A stretch of DNA of 64,000 nt from Lama glama. Lineage: Eukaryota. Location of the stretch: assembly GCA_028534125.1 (NCBI GenBank), contig CM052816.1:39744001-39808000 (forward strand), written 5' to 3'. The notes beneath the pieces are model-generated. The model was given only the letters and a program-made list of their open reading frames with translations. It was not told the DNA's origin and searched no databases. Of the stretch, positions 25,388 through 37,912 are shown one piece after another. Made by a program: the position numbers and the translations under genes. Numbering within the stretch: position 1 is the stretch's first letter; the number at the start of each line of letters is the position of its first letter.

Positions 25388-25970
25388 TTTATTTTTGGTT
25401 GAGGTATAATTTACTTTGGGTGAAATGCTCAGCTCTTAAGAGTAACTTTCAGTCAAGTTTTGACAAATGCATATTAGGGCACAGTGTCTCTACCACACCA
25501 GAAAATTCTCTCCTGCCCTTTTTTCTCAACCAGAAGCAACTACTGACTCTATTCCTATTTACACAGATTAGTTTTGAATAATCTTGGACTTTATAGTAAT
25601 GGAGTCATACAGTATATCCTTTGGCTGGTTCCTTGTATTCAGCATAATATTTCTGAGATCCACCCCATACATTGCACATGTCAGCACTTTGCTCCTTTTT
25701 TTACTACTTAATGGTAACATAACACAGTGTGTTTTTCTATTCTCTTGTTGATGGATATTGAGATATTTTCAGGTTTTTGTTGTTTCTATTGAGAAGAAAG
25801 CTGCTATGAATATTCTTTCCAAGGCTCCTATGGGCATATATTTTAATTTATTTTAAATAAGTACCTCAGAGCCTAATTGTTGGATCACAGGGTGGTATGC
25901 TTAAATAAAGAAAACACTAGTTCCCCAAAGGGATGATACCATGTTTATATTCCTTCCAACGACATATGAG
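25388..25970 (-). mobile_element. Old LINE-1 3' end (L1MB/L1ME-type)
   Basis: 'ttggttgaggtataatttac…agttttgacaaatgcatat…tattcagcataatatttctgagatccaccc…gttgatggatattg…gaaagctgctatgaatatt'. Confidence 0.85.
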
Positions 25971-26499
25971 TTTTGGCAGTTTTGGCAGAGGTACCAGGTT
26001 TTGAAAAAAAAATGTTTAACAGTAGCTGTCATTGGGGGTAGGGACTAGAGATACAGTAGCAGGAAAATGAAACTGTTCTTTTTAAATGTATCTTCCTGGG
26101 GTATTTTCCTTAATTTTTTTTTAGACTTGTAAATGCATTACTTAAATAGCTAAATAGTGTTACTATGGGATTTGAAATTAATAGTCATAGTCATTTCTCT
26201 CTGTGTGAGAGAGAAAATGAGAAATGGAAATAAAATTAAAATACAAGGTTATACACAGGCAATCCTAGCTATACTATCTTAAATCTACAGAAACCAAAAA
26301 CAAGCTCATGAACAACGACTATAGTCTTCTACTTTGGATCAATCAGAACAGAGACAACATACACCTGTTCTTTGCCATTCAACCAACCAGTAGAGTGCTG
26401 AATTAGTTCATTGCAAACATTTATGTAGGAGTCACCTCTTCAAACTATCACAAACTCTGGGGGAAATTACAAGGACACAAAAGATGGGTTGGTAACTAT

Positions 26500-26720
26500 A
26501 GAATACTTTCTTCTTTCTAGGTGCCATGACTGAACTATTGCACAATTTATTATAGGAGGCTGGATTCAAAGATAAGATATGAAAGCACAAAAGACTTTCC
26601 AATGCCTAGAATTTTAATTGGCTAATGTCAGTTTCTCACCATACTCATTTGGTGAAAGTAAGTCACACAAACATAGCAAATTCAAGGAGTGAAGAAACAG
26701 TGGTTCAAAGGACAAAATCA
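26500..26720 (-). mobile_element. MLT1H/I-like LTR fragment
   Basis: 'atgtcagtttctcaccatactcatttggtgaaagtaagtcacacaaacatagcaaattcaaggag' matches the reverse MLT1 motif 'cacttctgccacattctattggtcaaagcaagtcacaaggccagcccagattcaagg'. Confidence 0.6.
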
Positions 26721-29700
26721 CCTATACTGGTCTATAAATTGTGAGCTGGAGAAAGAGTTGACAGTTACACAAAGTGGGGTTGTTGATCTTTGTTGCATCA
26801 AGAGACCAGTAATGGAAATGTGGGTGACAGGGTATTAACTTTTCAAAACATGTTTTGCTTTGTTTCACTAGTCACATAAACCATTTCTGTAAAATTAAAC
26901 AGTTAGGATGTTAAAGTCATGTGAAAATGAAAAAATACACGGTATAATGAGGAAAAATGCAAGTTAGTCAAGTAGCAACTGAAAATATCTTGCTGTTATA
27001 AACATAAATACCTCAGAGACATCCTCCTGTCTCAGTCTGGTGTGTTAATTCCTCTAAAAACTTAAGAGTAAGTTTTCTCTAAGGGTGTCAAATAAAAAGG
27101 CTGCATGACCAGGTGGTAAAATGAATGACTCCAGACCTGTCTCTCTTGAGTTCTGATATTGACTCCAGGACTTGCTAATTAGTTCCACCTCAGAAATGTA
27201 ACTTCTTTGAATATAGCACTTCCGACTTTTGAACAAATACTAAAATTGCAAAAGGAAAAAGACAAGAGAGTGGCAAGAAGCTAGTTTACAAGCTTTAAAA
27301 ACTTTTTTGAATATGACTGAAGATGAATAGAGAAAATCTTGTTAATTTATGATTGTAATACTCTAACAATTAGGGTTTGAAAGTATATTTATATATTACA
27401 GAAGTTAAATATTGGTAGAATTTTTAAAAATTATTTTCTATTTTTCAAGTTCTGGTAATCTTGTATCATAGTAAATAAAACCTATTTAGTATATGGCCTG
27501 ATATTTCATCTTAGCCTTTTTAGTTGGCGCATATATAGGAGAGCAAAGCTGGAGATACTGAAAAGTTAATATTTTGGTATTACAAAGTATATGCACATGT
27601 GCATAAATGAAAATAAGAGACATAAGGCTAGGAACTTTCCTTCCAACAAGTATACCATAAGCTGCTTAACAAGTGATACTAGAGGGTTAATAATATTTTG
27701 ATGCCTTGTTTAACAGGAAAGAGATAAAAAAATTGAAATTTGATAAATATAATTCCTCTGCTTCTTCTACTGAGACTGCTGAGTATTGAGGACATCCAAG
27801 GACAGTTACGATTGCTTCAGTGGAGCAGAGCTGTCTACCCTGGCCCACATCTGAGAAATCTTTTATTAAAGAATGCCCCACTTATTATAAATCATTATTC
27901 CTGTTCATGCACTGTTAGGAAGGAAGAATGACAGTCTATTGAAAGTGATACAAAGATCAGTGATTTCCTAAATCACAATGAGACAACATAGGGTTCTTAC
28001 AGTGAATTCTGGCCAATTTCCTTGCACTCATCCCTATCATATAATAAGCTAGAACTGGGACAGCCATTATGGTTCAGAAACTTTTTTAAGTTGAGGTAAA
28101 ATTGCGCAAGTTAAAACATCCTTATTTTTCCAGATTCTCATGAAGCATTTCACTTAAGCCTAAAGGAATGTGAGTCATACTTTTCCAATATATTTAAAAA
28201 AATCTTAACAAACATAAGATACTAGATACCTATTTGATATTTGTATATATATTGTCAATGAAAATCTTATGTAAATTTTATTATGCCAGGTATTATTATG
28301 CTTATGTTTAATATGGTTATTAAAATAGGAAGTTCATAGAAACATACCTGATATACCAAGTAAATTAATTTCTAGTTGTTTCAGATGATGTCATCCAGTA
28401 TCAGTTTATTAGTTCTCCTTTCTTATAGCAAAATTACCCAGGGTGATATATGACCTTTGTTTACTTAATTCTATAAAAATATAGTAGCTAAACCTTCAAT
28501 TTTGTGAACTCTTACAAGGTATAAAAATGTCCTGAGGACTGTGGCTTGCTGAGAATGGGGAAGAAGATCCCACTGCCTTACAACAGTGAGACCAGTTTTG
28601 TCCCCAAACCAGGGATTGTATGTAAATATTTTACATGTTTATAATCTGAATATGGAGGATGTACAAAAATTAACTTCATTTGCATGAATTGCTTGGATTT
28701 AAGAGTCCCATGCTTGTTCTGGCACAAGTTAGAAGGAAGAGATGCCATGATTTCTTTAAAATGCAGTATTTGGCTTGTGTTAATTTCCAGGATTCTTTCT
28801 GTAGACATATATTGAGTTTAAAATTTTATATAGGGTTAATTTTAATCCAGTGCAATAGACTATAAAAGAAGAAAAAGGCACTGACATTTAGCTTATCTTT
28901 CTGAAACGTTTGGAAGTTATTTAAAAGTATTTTTTAGAAATATTTAATTGTTGAGGTATATGAAGCTATGAGAATTTCACCCCAAAAGAATCATAATGTT
29001 GAGATAATATCTTTACAACTATGTAATTATTTAAGCATTATATATCTATTAGGACCTCAGGATTTTGTCTTTTATAACTTAATTGCTAAACATTACAGTG
29101 TTTTTAGACCTCTTTGATTTTTTTTTCACTTTATGTTTATTTTTATAAGCCTAGTTATAGTTTTATCTGTATTTAACAGAAAAATCTTAAAGTATCAGAT
29201 ATGAAGAAGTCAAGAAACGATAATGAAAATCAAACTTCTCTTTACTCATTTTACTCAATTAGGTTTGACAGGTTGATTTCATAATTTATAACACTCTTTT
29301 TAAGGTTTCATAATTTTTCAATCTATAGCTTTAAAAAAAAGATTGTTGCATGTTTCATCAGCTCTTAAGGAAGCAAACTTAAGGAAAACTACTGAGTAAT
29401 GGCTAATATTGACCTGGGTATGCTTTATAATTTATAGTCATATATCACAAAATTTAAAGATATATATAGTTAAAATATATGAAACAAAATCATACGTAAA
29501 TTTTTTTACAGTGATACACTAGATTTGGCTAGGTAATACTAGTTATGAAAAAAACATAATTTTACAATTATTTTGACTATCCTGAGATAAAATTGTGCAA
29601 AATACAGTTAAACCTACATTCTGGATACAAACATTGAAGCAACATTATTGAATAAAAATAAAAATAAGTCTACTTCATTCCTCTCATAATTACAAGAGAC

Positions 29701-30015
29701 TTATTATTGTCACAGTCATAACCAAAATCGTGCAGTAGGAACACACAGTTCAGGCTTTTGTTCTCCTTCTCAGGGTCTGCATTTGTGGGGGGGGGTGTGT
29801 GTGTGCATTTTAGCAATTCTAGAAAATGTGCATAGGTGGGGAAAATGCTCTCACAGATTTATGTATAAAGTATGTGATGTTAGATGGGTGGGTGGGCAGA
29901 GGTGGCTAGATAGTCAATTACTATCAACTTTTGGCTTACCTAATCCTTGAGGAATTATGTAGAAAGTCAGTCCTCTTTTTCTAGGAAATATTCATAGACT
30001 CGGTTTCTTCTAGTC

Positions 30016-30180
30016 CAAGGGTCTACAAATGTGTGCGTGTGGGCTAAATCTAGTCCACTGCTTGGCTTAAAAGAAGAAGTTTATTGGCGCACAGCCACAC
30101 CCATTCACTTACATGTCATCTGTGGCTGCCTTCATACTATTTACTACCTTGTCTTTTATAAAACTGTTGGTTCACCCCTG
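30016..30180 (+). mobile_element. Internally deleted MER58A-like MITE
   Basis: Termini 'caaggggtctacaaa' and 'ttggttcacccctg'. Core 'gtttattggcgcacagccacacccattcacttacatgtcatctgtggctgc'. Confidence 0.85.
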
Positions 30181-30519
30181 CTCTTGTATGTGTCTTGAAA
30201 TCCATCTCACCTCCCACTCTATCCTCTAGCCCAAGTCACTTTCTCGTATCTATTTATTCATATACAATATTTAGTCAGGAATATGGATTTTAACACATTT
30301 ACATTCAACATTTATTGTCTTCATGTTGTCTTTCTCACGTGTCAGTCTCAATAATCTAGCTATGTGTATAGGCAGTCAATTTCCCAGAAGGTCATTGGTA
30401 AGATATTGAGGAAATGTATTAGAATAACGAATATCAAATTATTTAATATATAGCACAAAGGTGAATAGTATTTCCTCTTCCTACCACTGTCCCGTGTGCC
30501 ACATACACTTCTGTTTCAT

Positions 30520-30950
30520 CTGCTCACTAAGTCATTTATATAACATTTCTCTATTGAGCTCATAGTGTGTCGGGTCCTCTGTTACTAGATATTGAGACTC
30601 TGCCATTGGACAAAATGTGTCTGCTTTGTAAGGAACTTACAGTGGACCAGAAAGACAAATGAGTGCAGAGGAATTGCAGTTAATACAGCACACTACTGAG
30701 GCCTCTAGGAGGAGATGCTAAACCCAAGCTTTGAGCTTCTAAAAATGACATGTACATTAGGACCTTGTGAATATAAGAATCTGTTAAAGTTAACAAGATA
30801 AAAGGAAATAGTAGAGAAAATGGCACTTGCAGGGATGTGGACGCCAGGAAGACGGTGAAGTAAACAGGGAACTAGTGGTTCCACAGGTGGAGAATCCGAT
30901 GTGAGAGGGTGAGTGGTTAGAGACTCCCCTGGAGACAAGGAGGTCCACAC
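30520..30950 (-). mobile_element. L2 3' fragment
   Basis: 'ctattgagctcatagtgtgtcgggtcctctg…aaggaacttacagtggacc' is a reverse L2 terminus. Confidence 0.6.
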
Positions 30951-32214
30951 AGCGACACGACACTGATGGACCGATAGCGGTTATCCGCTATGTAGTTACA
31001 GTCTGGGTAATGGTCAGACTCTCCAGCCAGTCTGTATTTGTTATTATTAATTTAAAATCCTTTAGAAATCTGTCCTAAATAGGGTAACTAGAACTCAGAG
31101 GCAATTTAAATGAAAGCTTCTGGCTGTCATCTGCACAGAGCAGACACTGACTCTGAAAAGGGGCATTGTTAAAAAGAAACACAATAAATTTGGCTTTAGG
31201 AGTCTCTTTCTCTCTCTGGCAAACATAAACACACAGTATACAATGACACACACATTTAATAAGAATCAAAGGTTTCTGATCCTACTCATTCTCTTAACTA
31301 CTCAATAAACGCCAATAGGTCTCTAGATTTCAATGCTGTTTTCTATGGAAACTACAGAAAGAGCTTCTAGCTTAAAATTTATATGACATCAGCACTGTCC
31401 CATGATGTTCCAGATACGAAACTATTTTTGTCACTGATGAAGTTATTTTAATTAATAAATCAGTAGGTATTTATTAAGTGCCTGCTATACCATTACTGCT
31501 ACTGACTTACCTCTGCTCTCTCTTTCTAAACAAGTAATATAATTTAAAAAATCACCAGAATACAAAAATGAGAGGTGGAAAAGTGGATTACACTGAGGTA
31601 CAACCAAATTTGATTCTTTCTGTATCACTTTTGGTAATCACTAAGCATTTATATGGAACCTGGTTTATGTTATCAGCGATGTTAGCAGAGAGCCGTACAG
31701 ATGACCTTGTTCCCAGGACACAGGGAAAAATGGCTTCAGTTCTTCAGGTCTAGCTGGTATTTCTTTTCTTGTTTTTCATGCTTTTCTCCCTTTACACTCT
31801 ACTAGATTTGGCTACTACATCATTTCCAGTCTCTATTTTCCCATTTACTTCCCACTGCTATTTGCAATCTGTGCAGGTCACCTAGGGAAGTCCCTTTGAC
31901 AAAGACAAACTGCCTACATCTCTTACCTAGTAAGCTGCTACAATGTTTTAGGCAACTGAGTGAAAAAAACAATTTATTTCCGTACATATAAAAAATACTA
32001 TTCCTATAATACCTTTCTAGTTCTTCATTGTTGGGCGGCTAGAGGTAGTAGAAACTTTCTCTTAATTAAGGGACTGTAGGAAATTGATTTTTACAGCTCT
32101 TAGCATCCTTATGTTTATGGAGAAGGCGACTCTTGAGGTTCTTGGTTAAAACGACTCTACATTTGAAAGTAAATCTACGTAACTTAATACCGATCATAAA
32201 AGCAACAGTGCATG

Positions 32215-32420
32215 TTACTGTTTATTAGAGTACAATGCTGTTCCGGGCATTTTAAATTTATCGTTCCATTTAATTTCTACCAACTCATTTGGCAGCTCCT
32301 GTAAGAATCCAGTGGAAAGAGAAGTCAGCTGACTTGCTCAGGGCCGACACAAGCACACACCAAGCTGACCCCAGGAGACTCACTGATTCTTGATTTAGAT
32401 GCACGTTCACAGCACTTCCA
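32215..32420 (-). mobile_element. MIR-family SINE remnant
   Basis: 'tttattagagtacaatgctgttccgggcattt…catttaatttctaccaac…agagaagtcagctgacttgctcagggcc'. Confidence 0.55.
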
Positions 32421-33158
32421 ACTATTTTTGATCAATTTAGTGTAGATTCGTAAAAAGAGTTAGTTTTATATTAAATCAAAGTTTAAAAGAAAATAAACTA
32501 TTTATTGCCATTCTTTGGAAGAAATTGCAAAGGCTTCCACTTTGTAGTAAAACCACAAAGTATGACTGATCTCAGTGGTGCTTATTCTATGACTCTCCAT
32601 TTCTTCTCATGTGAAACAGACGGAGGATACAACACAACAGGGTAAATGCACGAACGCATAGCACGATGCCTGACACAGGAAGACTTGCTGAAGCGAAAGT
32701 TTGCCTTTATTGTGCTAGGCAGTTGAACAGTGATGCTGAGAATATTATCCCTCATAAAAATTGTCAAATGGTATACATGTAATCTTTTAACTTTCATATA
32801 GTTTCACCTTATGAGAAGTTGTAACCTGAAAAGAATGACCAATCTTAATAAGGAATGTTTTAGATTGTTTCACAAATATAATGAAAGTTAATCTTCAAAA
32901 TAATGAGTTTGTTCCCTTAGACCTCTAGTGGTAAAATTATTAACTGGTAGATTAGTATTATCCATATGACTGACATTATAAAAAGACAAAAAATAATGAT
33001 TTTATTTAATAACAGATAAAAGCTATTATCTTGATCTAATTCAGCCAAGGTAATTAATTTTCTCTTGGCATAAAAGATGTTTCCATTTTCACTATTAACT
33101 GTTTCTGTGAAACCTATCTTATACCACACCCATTTAAAGATTCCCCCCACTCCTCTAA

Positions 33159-33229
33159 TGGAGGCACTGGAGATTGAACCAGGACTTCATGCACGCCAAG
33201 CGCGTGCTCTACCACTGAGCGATACCTCC
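33159..33229 (-). mobile_element. tRNA-Ala-derived SINE (Vic-1 type of camelids)
   Basis: The minus strand reads GGAGGTATCGCTCAGTGGTAGAGCACGCGCTTGGCGTGCATGAAGTCCTGGTTCAATCTCCAGTGCCTCCA. It is co-linear with tRNA-Ala(AGC), with A box and B box (GGTTCAATC). A degenerate flanking repeat is ccacacccatttaaa (~33124) vs ctacatccattttaaa (33241). Confidence 0.88.
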
Positions 33230-33749
33230 ACTCCCACATTCTACATCCATTTTAAAAAGGTGTTTGCTGGAAGTTCCTGATCATAAGATATAGTAAAGAG
33301 TTGACTATACCTTTGGTTATGATGAGAATAACTGTTTATACATTGGTAGGCTTTAAATAGTTCTTTAATGGAACTGAAAATATATTTTCTAAATAAATCT
33401 TTATTAAAATCTTGAATTTACCATTATTGTTATAAAAGCAGTTTTAACATTCAACAGCTGATTGTTCAGGGCCTTTACAGAAAGTCCTATTAATAGCTTT
33501 TATTTTGTATATATTTTAATACAAGTTTCCTGTAATTCAGAATTTAATGATATTTTATTGATAACAAAATTAGACATAATGAAAAACATCACCCCAAAAT
33601 AATTACTCCAGTGCAATGAATATTGTAAATGTATTTTTAAAATATTATATCTAGTTATAGTTTATAGATTTTAAAATATCTTATAAAAAAGGAAATATTT
33701 ATTCAGTGACTTTTTTTATCTTTTACTTACTAGGAATGGAAACGTCTCT

Positions 33750-34440
33750 AATTTGCAGTATCAGATATTATGCCTTATAGTTTCTTTTATATTTTGAACT
33801 GAAAATGTGTTTTGGCTTATAAAAGTCTGAATTTCTCTACTGTAGGAGATTAACCCAGGTTGGTGACTTGGAAATATACAAGAATGGGAAAATGAGAAGC
33901 AATTAGTAAAATTATTTCACTTTTTATTCATTTTTTCTGATTATAATTATCTCTCTTATCTTCAGAATAATGTGCCATTTATTTTTATTATAATCTGTTT
34001 ACTACGTTTTCTTTAACATCATATTCATCAATGGTTCTTTTATTCTTCATTTTGGAAGAATTTTCAGCTTTTCTATTCATTATCATTGATTTGATTTTCC
34101 ACAGAGTAAATGCCTCATTTGACTGACTCCTAGGCAAATTTTAATTTTAGCTTTGCATTTTCACTTTCCTTGAGCTCTTTCTATAGTTTACTTGCCTTTC
34201 ATGCCACCCATTTTCTTTCATCTTAGCCTGAAATTTTATATGACATTTTGCTTTCATTTCATAGAAATGATACTGCTTTATATTTTTTAGAAGATACCAA
34301 ATATCTTTTCAAACATTTCTTGCACCCTCCTCCCAACAATGAATCACTTTTGATCTGTTCTTCATAAAATATGCATGACTTTCCCTTTTTAATTTTGTTC
34401 TGTAATTTTTTTTTTCCTTTCTGGTACTTGTTCTAGAATG
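33750..34440 (-). mobile_element. Possible very old L1/HAL1 fragment
   Basis: T-rich tract with phrasing like reverse L1 ORF1 ('aattttcagcttttctattc…ttgatttgattttccacag'). Not diagnostic. Confidence 0.3.
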
Positions 34441-36572
34441 AGACGAGCTCAGTCCATAATAGGTGTTCATAAAGGGCGCATGCACCACACCCATTCACAG
34501 TCCTGTGGATAACAACAAAATCCCTGTACAAACTCAAGGGGCAGCCAGTGGTGCCCAGCCACTCTTTCAATATTCTGTATGTATGACACTCAACTAGTGT
34601 ATGTTAATAAACGTGCTAGAGGCACATCGTTGTTTGTCACTGTACTGAAATACGAAACTTGGCTTATTCCTCTTCATTATACACTTAGCTCCTTTTCCTG
34701 ACCTGTAGCTTCATTAGAACACCTTGCTTATTAAAAACACATTGCTGGCCTGAAACTCATTTTGCCAATTACGTACCTACCTAGGCCCTTGTACTCAGAA
34801 CAATACACACACACACAGTTTTCATATAGTTGAGGTTTCACATGAAGGTAGAAGATATAATATTGATATGAGTATGGGAACCATTCTCTAGTGATTTCAT
34901 AATCTATTACCAAAATCTCGAAGAGAATTGTGAGTTTTCTGTTTGGTTCTGATCTTGAATCTAACAAGCAAGAATGCAGTCAGTGGGAAAGGACAAACAC
35001 TCCCATAAGCTCTTTTAGGTTGAGCAGTTTGCGTTGCTTCAGGTGGTAGAACTTTTTTTTTTAATCTAACTATTGTCTCTCTCCATTCAATTCTGCTAGA
35101 ACTCAAAGGTTTAAAAAACACTAGTGATAATTTGGAAGTCATGACTACTAACCAAGCATCATTTTAAGCAAATCTGACTTTAGACAAAATTTCTAATAAT
35201 AAAGCCATATTATAAATATAAAGTAAGGTGTATTTGGACAGTTTATCTTATAAACATTCTTTGAAATACATGTAGATATAAGGACAAAAATATTTATGGC
35301 CATTTTTTTATTCCACTGGGGCTTTTTCTCCTTCAAAATGCAGGGCACAGAGGATAACAAGGAAATAGTGACACTGAAACTATGATGTTATTTTGAGTAA
35401 CTGGAGACTAAAATCATAATTCAAGACAACAAGTCAGTCAGGATTTCAGCAAAAGAGCAAAGAGAAAATTGTCACAAGTCCACTTCTCCCATATATGTTT
35501 AAGAAGGCAGAAAAGGCAAAGAAGTGTCATGCACAAATTCTTTCCTGCTACTGTTTTTATCTTGAAGCAAAATACTTTCCTAGAAGCCGTCCTTTAAAGA
35601 GCATTTGTTAGAGCTTTGTCACTTGTTCATCCATAAATGCAGAAGAGTTTGGATAATTGAACATGACAGCTCGGAGTGGCTGCTGTTGGAAAACTGTAAT
35701 CCTATCCTGCTGCCTAATTTAAAGCTGAAGAGTTGTATGCGAAAACTATTTCTGATGGGTTTGCTCTGTCTCTACCATTTTTTCCATGAGTAAATTATTT
35801 TAGTATATTTTTCTTCTTGGGCATCTGCTTTTCGATATAGGAGAATTCTTTTAAAGTACATAAAATAATTGACATACAATAGAAAAAATTCAGATACTTG
35901 ATATATACTGGGGAGGGGAACTGGGGGAGGGGAAAAATTCAGGAGAATTCTTGATGCACTTAAAATCTCACAAGCAGATGCCTGATTTAAGAGATCCATA
36001 GTTTAAACATTACTAGAAATAGAGTATTTTTCTATTTTGATAAATTGGAGATTAATAGCTGGGAAGTACAATATGTACTATGGGTTCTGAAATATTAATG
36101 CTGTTCTACATAGTACATTTGGTTTCTTTTTAAGTCATTATAGCCTCTTTGATTTCTTGGGATTCCTGACTCACTAGGCATCATGTTCAGATGCTCTTGT
36201 TCCTAGAACTAACCATTTAACCACATATTGGCATCAGTCAGTTTAAAAAGCAAGATTTGAGAGTACTTGTAAAAAGGTACTTCGTTGTGGAACACATGAG
36301 ATGTTTCAAAGGCACTATCAAATCAACAGTGTACACACCATACCTACAAAATGTTTTATGTCAATTGTATCTCAATAAAAAAGAAAAAAATCCTGATAAC
36401 CAATAGTCATAGAAATGTCTCTCTTTATCCAGTAATTTGTAAATATACTGACAAAAGAAACTGGGACTATGTACTATATTCATTGCCAATTTTATTTGCC
36501 ATTTGTGTGTAGGAGTGTGTGGTTTCAACTTGACTTGAGTAGCATTCACTTCTTTCTAAAACATCATATGGT

Positions 36573-37396
36573 GAAAATATTTGCAAACTATGCGACTGAC
36601 AAGGGCTTAATCTCCAAAATATACAAACAGCTTATACAACTCAATATTAAAAAAAAAATCAACCCAATCAAAAAAAGCACAAGACCTAAATAGACATTTC
36701 TCCAAAGAGGACATACAGATAGCCAATAGGTACATAAAAAGATGTTCAACATCACTAGTTGTTAGAGAAATGCAAATCAAAACTACCATGAAGTAACAAA
36801 TCATACTGATTGGAATGGTCATCATCAAGGTCTACAAAGAATAAATACTGGAGAGGGTGTGAAGAAAAGGAAACCCTCCTACACTGTTGGTGGGAATGTA
36901 AATTGGTGCAGCCACTACGGAGAACAATATCACTCAGCCATAAAAAATAATGAAATAATGCCATTTACAGCAACATAGATAGACCTAGAGATTATCATAC
37001 TTAGTGAAGTAAGTCAGACAAGAAAGAGAAATATCATATGATATCACTTACATGTGGAATCTTAAAAAAATGATATAAATGAACTTATTAAAAAACAGAA
37101 ATAGACTCAGATATTAAAAACAAACTATGGTTCTAAATGAGAAAGAGTAGGGGTAGGGATAAATTGAGAATTTGGGATTAACAGATACATACTACTAGAT
37201 ATAAGATATATAAACAACAAGGACATACTATATACCACAGGAAAATATATTCAGTATCTTGTAATAATCTATAACAGAAAAGAATCTGAAAATGAATTTA
37301 TGTATACATTATATATATATATATATGACTGATCACTTTGCTGCACACCAGAAACATTGTAAATCAATTATACTTCAATTAAAAAAAATTAGTAAA
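36573..37396 (+). mobile_element. 5'-truncated L1 (ORF2 C-terminus plus 3'UTR) with ~0.2-kb internal deletion
   Basis: ORF 36469-36693 contains [24 protein letters not shown] (L1 ORF2). The copy is co-linear with 13580-14630 except for a jump at ~36930. Possible TSD taaaacatcatatggt (36557) vs taaaactgcttatggt (37397). Confidence 0.95.
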
Positions 37397-37668
37397 TAAA
37401 ACTGCTTATGGTAGAAAATATATTAGTATTGATCTATTGGTACTTTCATTTCTTTAAAAACAATTCGGTCAATATATATCTGATTAAGATTACTGTTTGT
37501 TTCATCATATGCCTATTACATAATGGGGGTAAAATAATAATTTTTATATTCCTAGGAGACTACATTCCCCATGGTTGTTATGCTCCAATAATTCAGTTTT
37601 TATCCTCATCCTAGTAATATCAATAAAGAATAAAAAGATTCCAAAATAGGTGAAGCATAGCCTAAAAT

Positions 37669-37912
37669 AAGGGATAAATTGGGAATCTGAGATTTGTAAA
37701 TATTAACCACTATATATAAAATAGATTAAAAAAACAAATTTCTTCTGTGTGGTACAGGTAACTATACTCAATGCCTTGTGGTAGCCTATGGTGGGAAAGA
37801 ATATGAAAAGAAATACTTGTATGTATATGTATGACTGAGACATTGTGCTGTACACCAGAAAGTGACACATTGTAACTGACTGTACTTCAATAAAAATAAA
37901 TAAATAAATAAA
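37669..37912 (+). mobile_element. Young camelid-type L1 3' end with (TAAA)n tail
   Basis: Co-linear with 7827-8070: 'aagggataaattgggaatctgagatttg…gctgtacaccagaaagtgacacattgtaactgactgtacttcaataaaa'. No clear TSD. Confidence 0.92.

Noticed and set aside
26191..26220. Hairpin tcatttctctct…agagagaaaatga as pre-miRNA or terminator
   Set aside because: It is too short and low-complexity (CT/AG), and intrinsic terminators are irrelevant in mammalian DNA.
28527..28645. Coding exon (…MGKKIPLPYNSETSFVPKPGI|gtatgt)
   Set aside because: No good polypyrimidine acceptor, a weak donor and no recognisable homology.
31495..31530. Minus-strand donor GAG|GTAAGT with 15-nt micro-exon
   Set aside because: The acceptor is weak, and isolated consensus donors are expected by chance in 64 kb.
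33159..33229. Functional tRNA-Ala gene
   Set aside because: Stems are mismatched, the anticodon is altered, a base is missing before the T loop and a TSD-like repeat flanks it. This fits a SINE copy.
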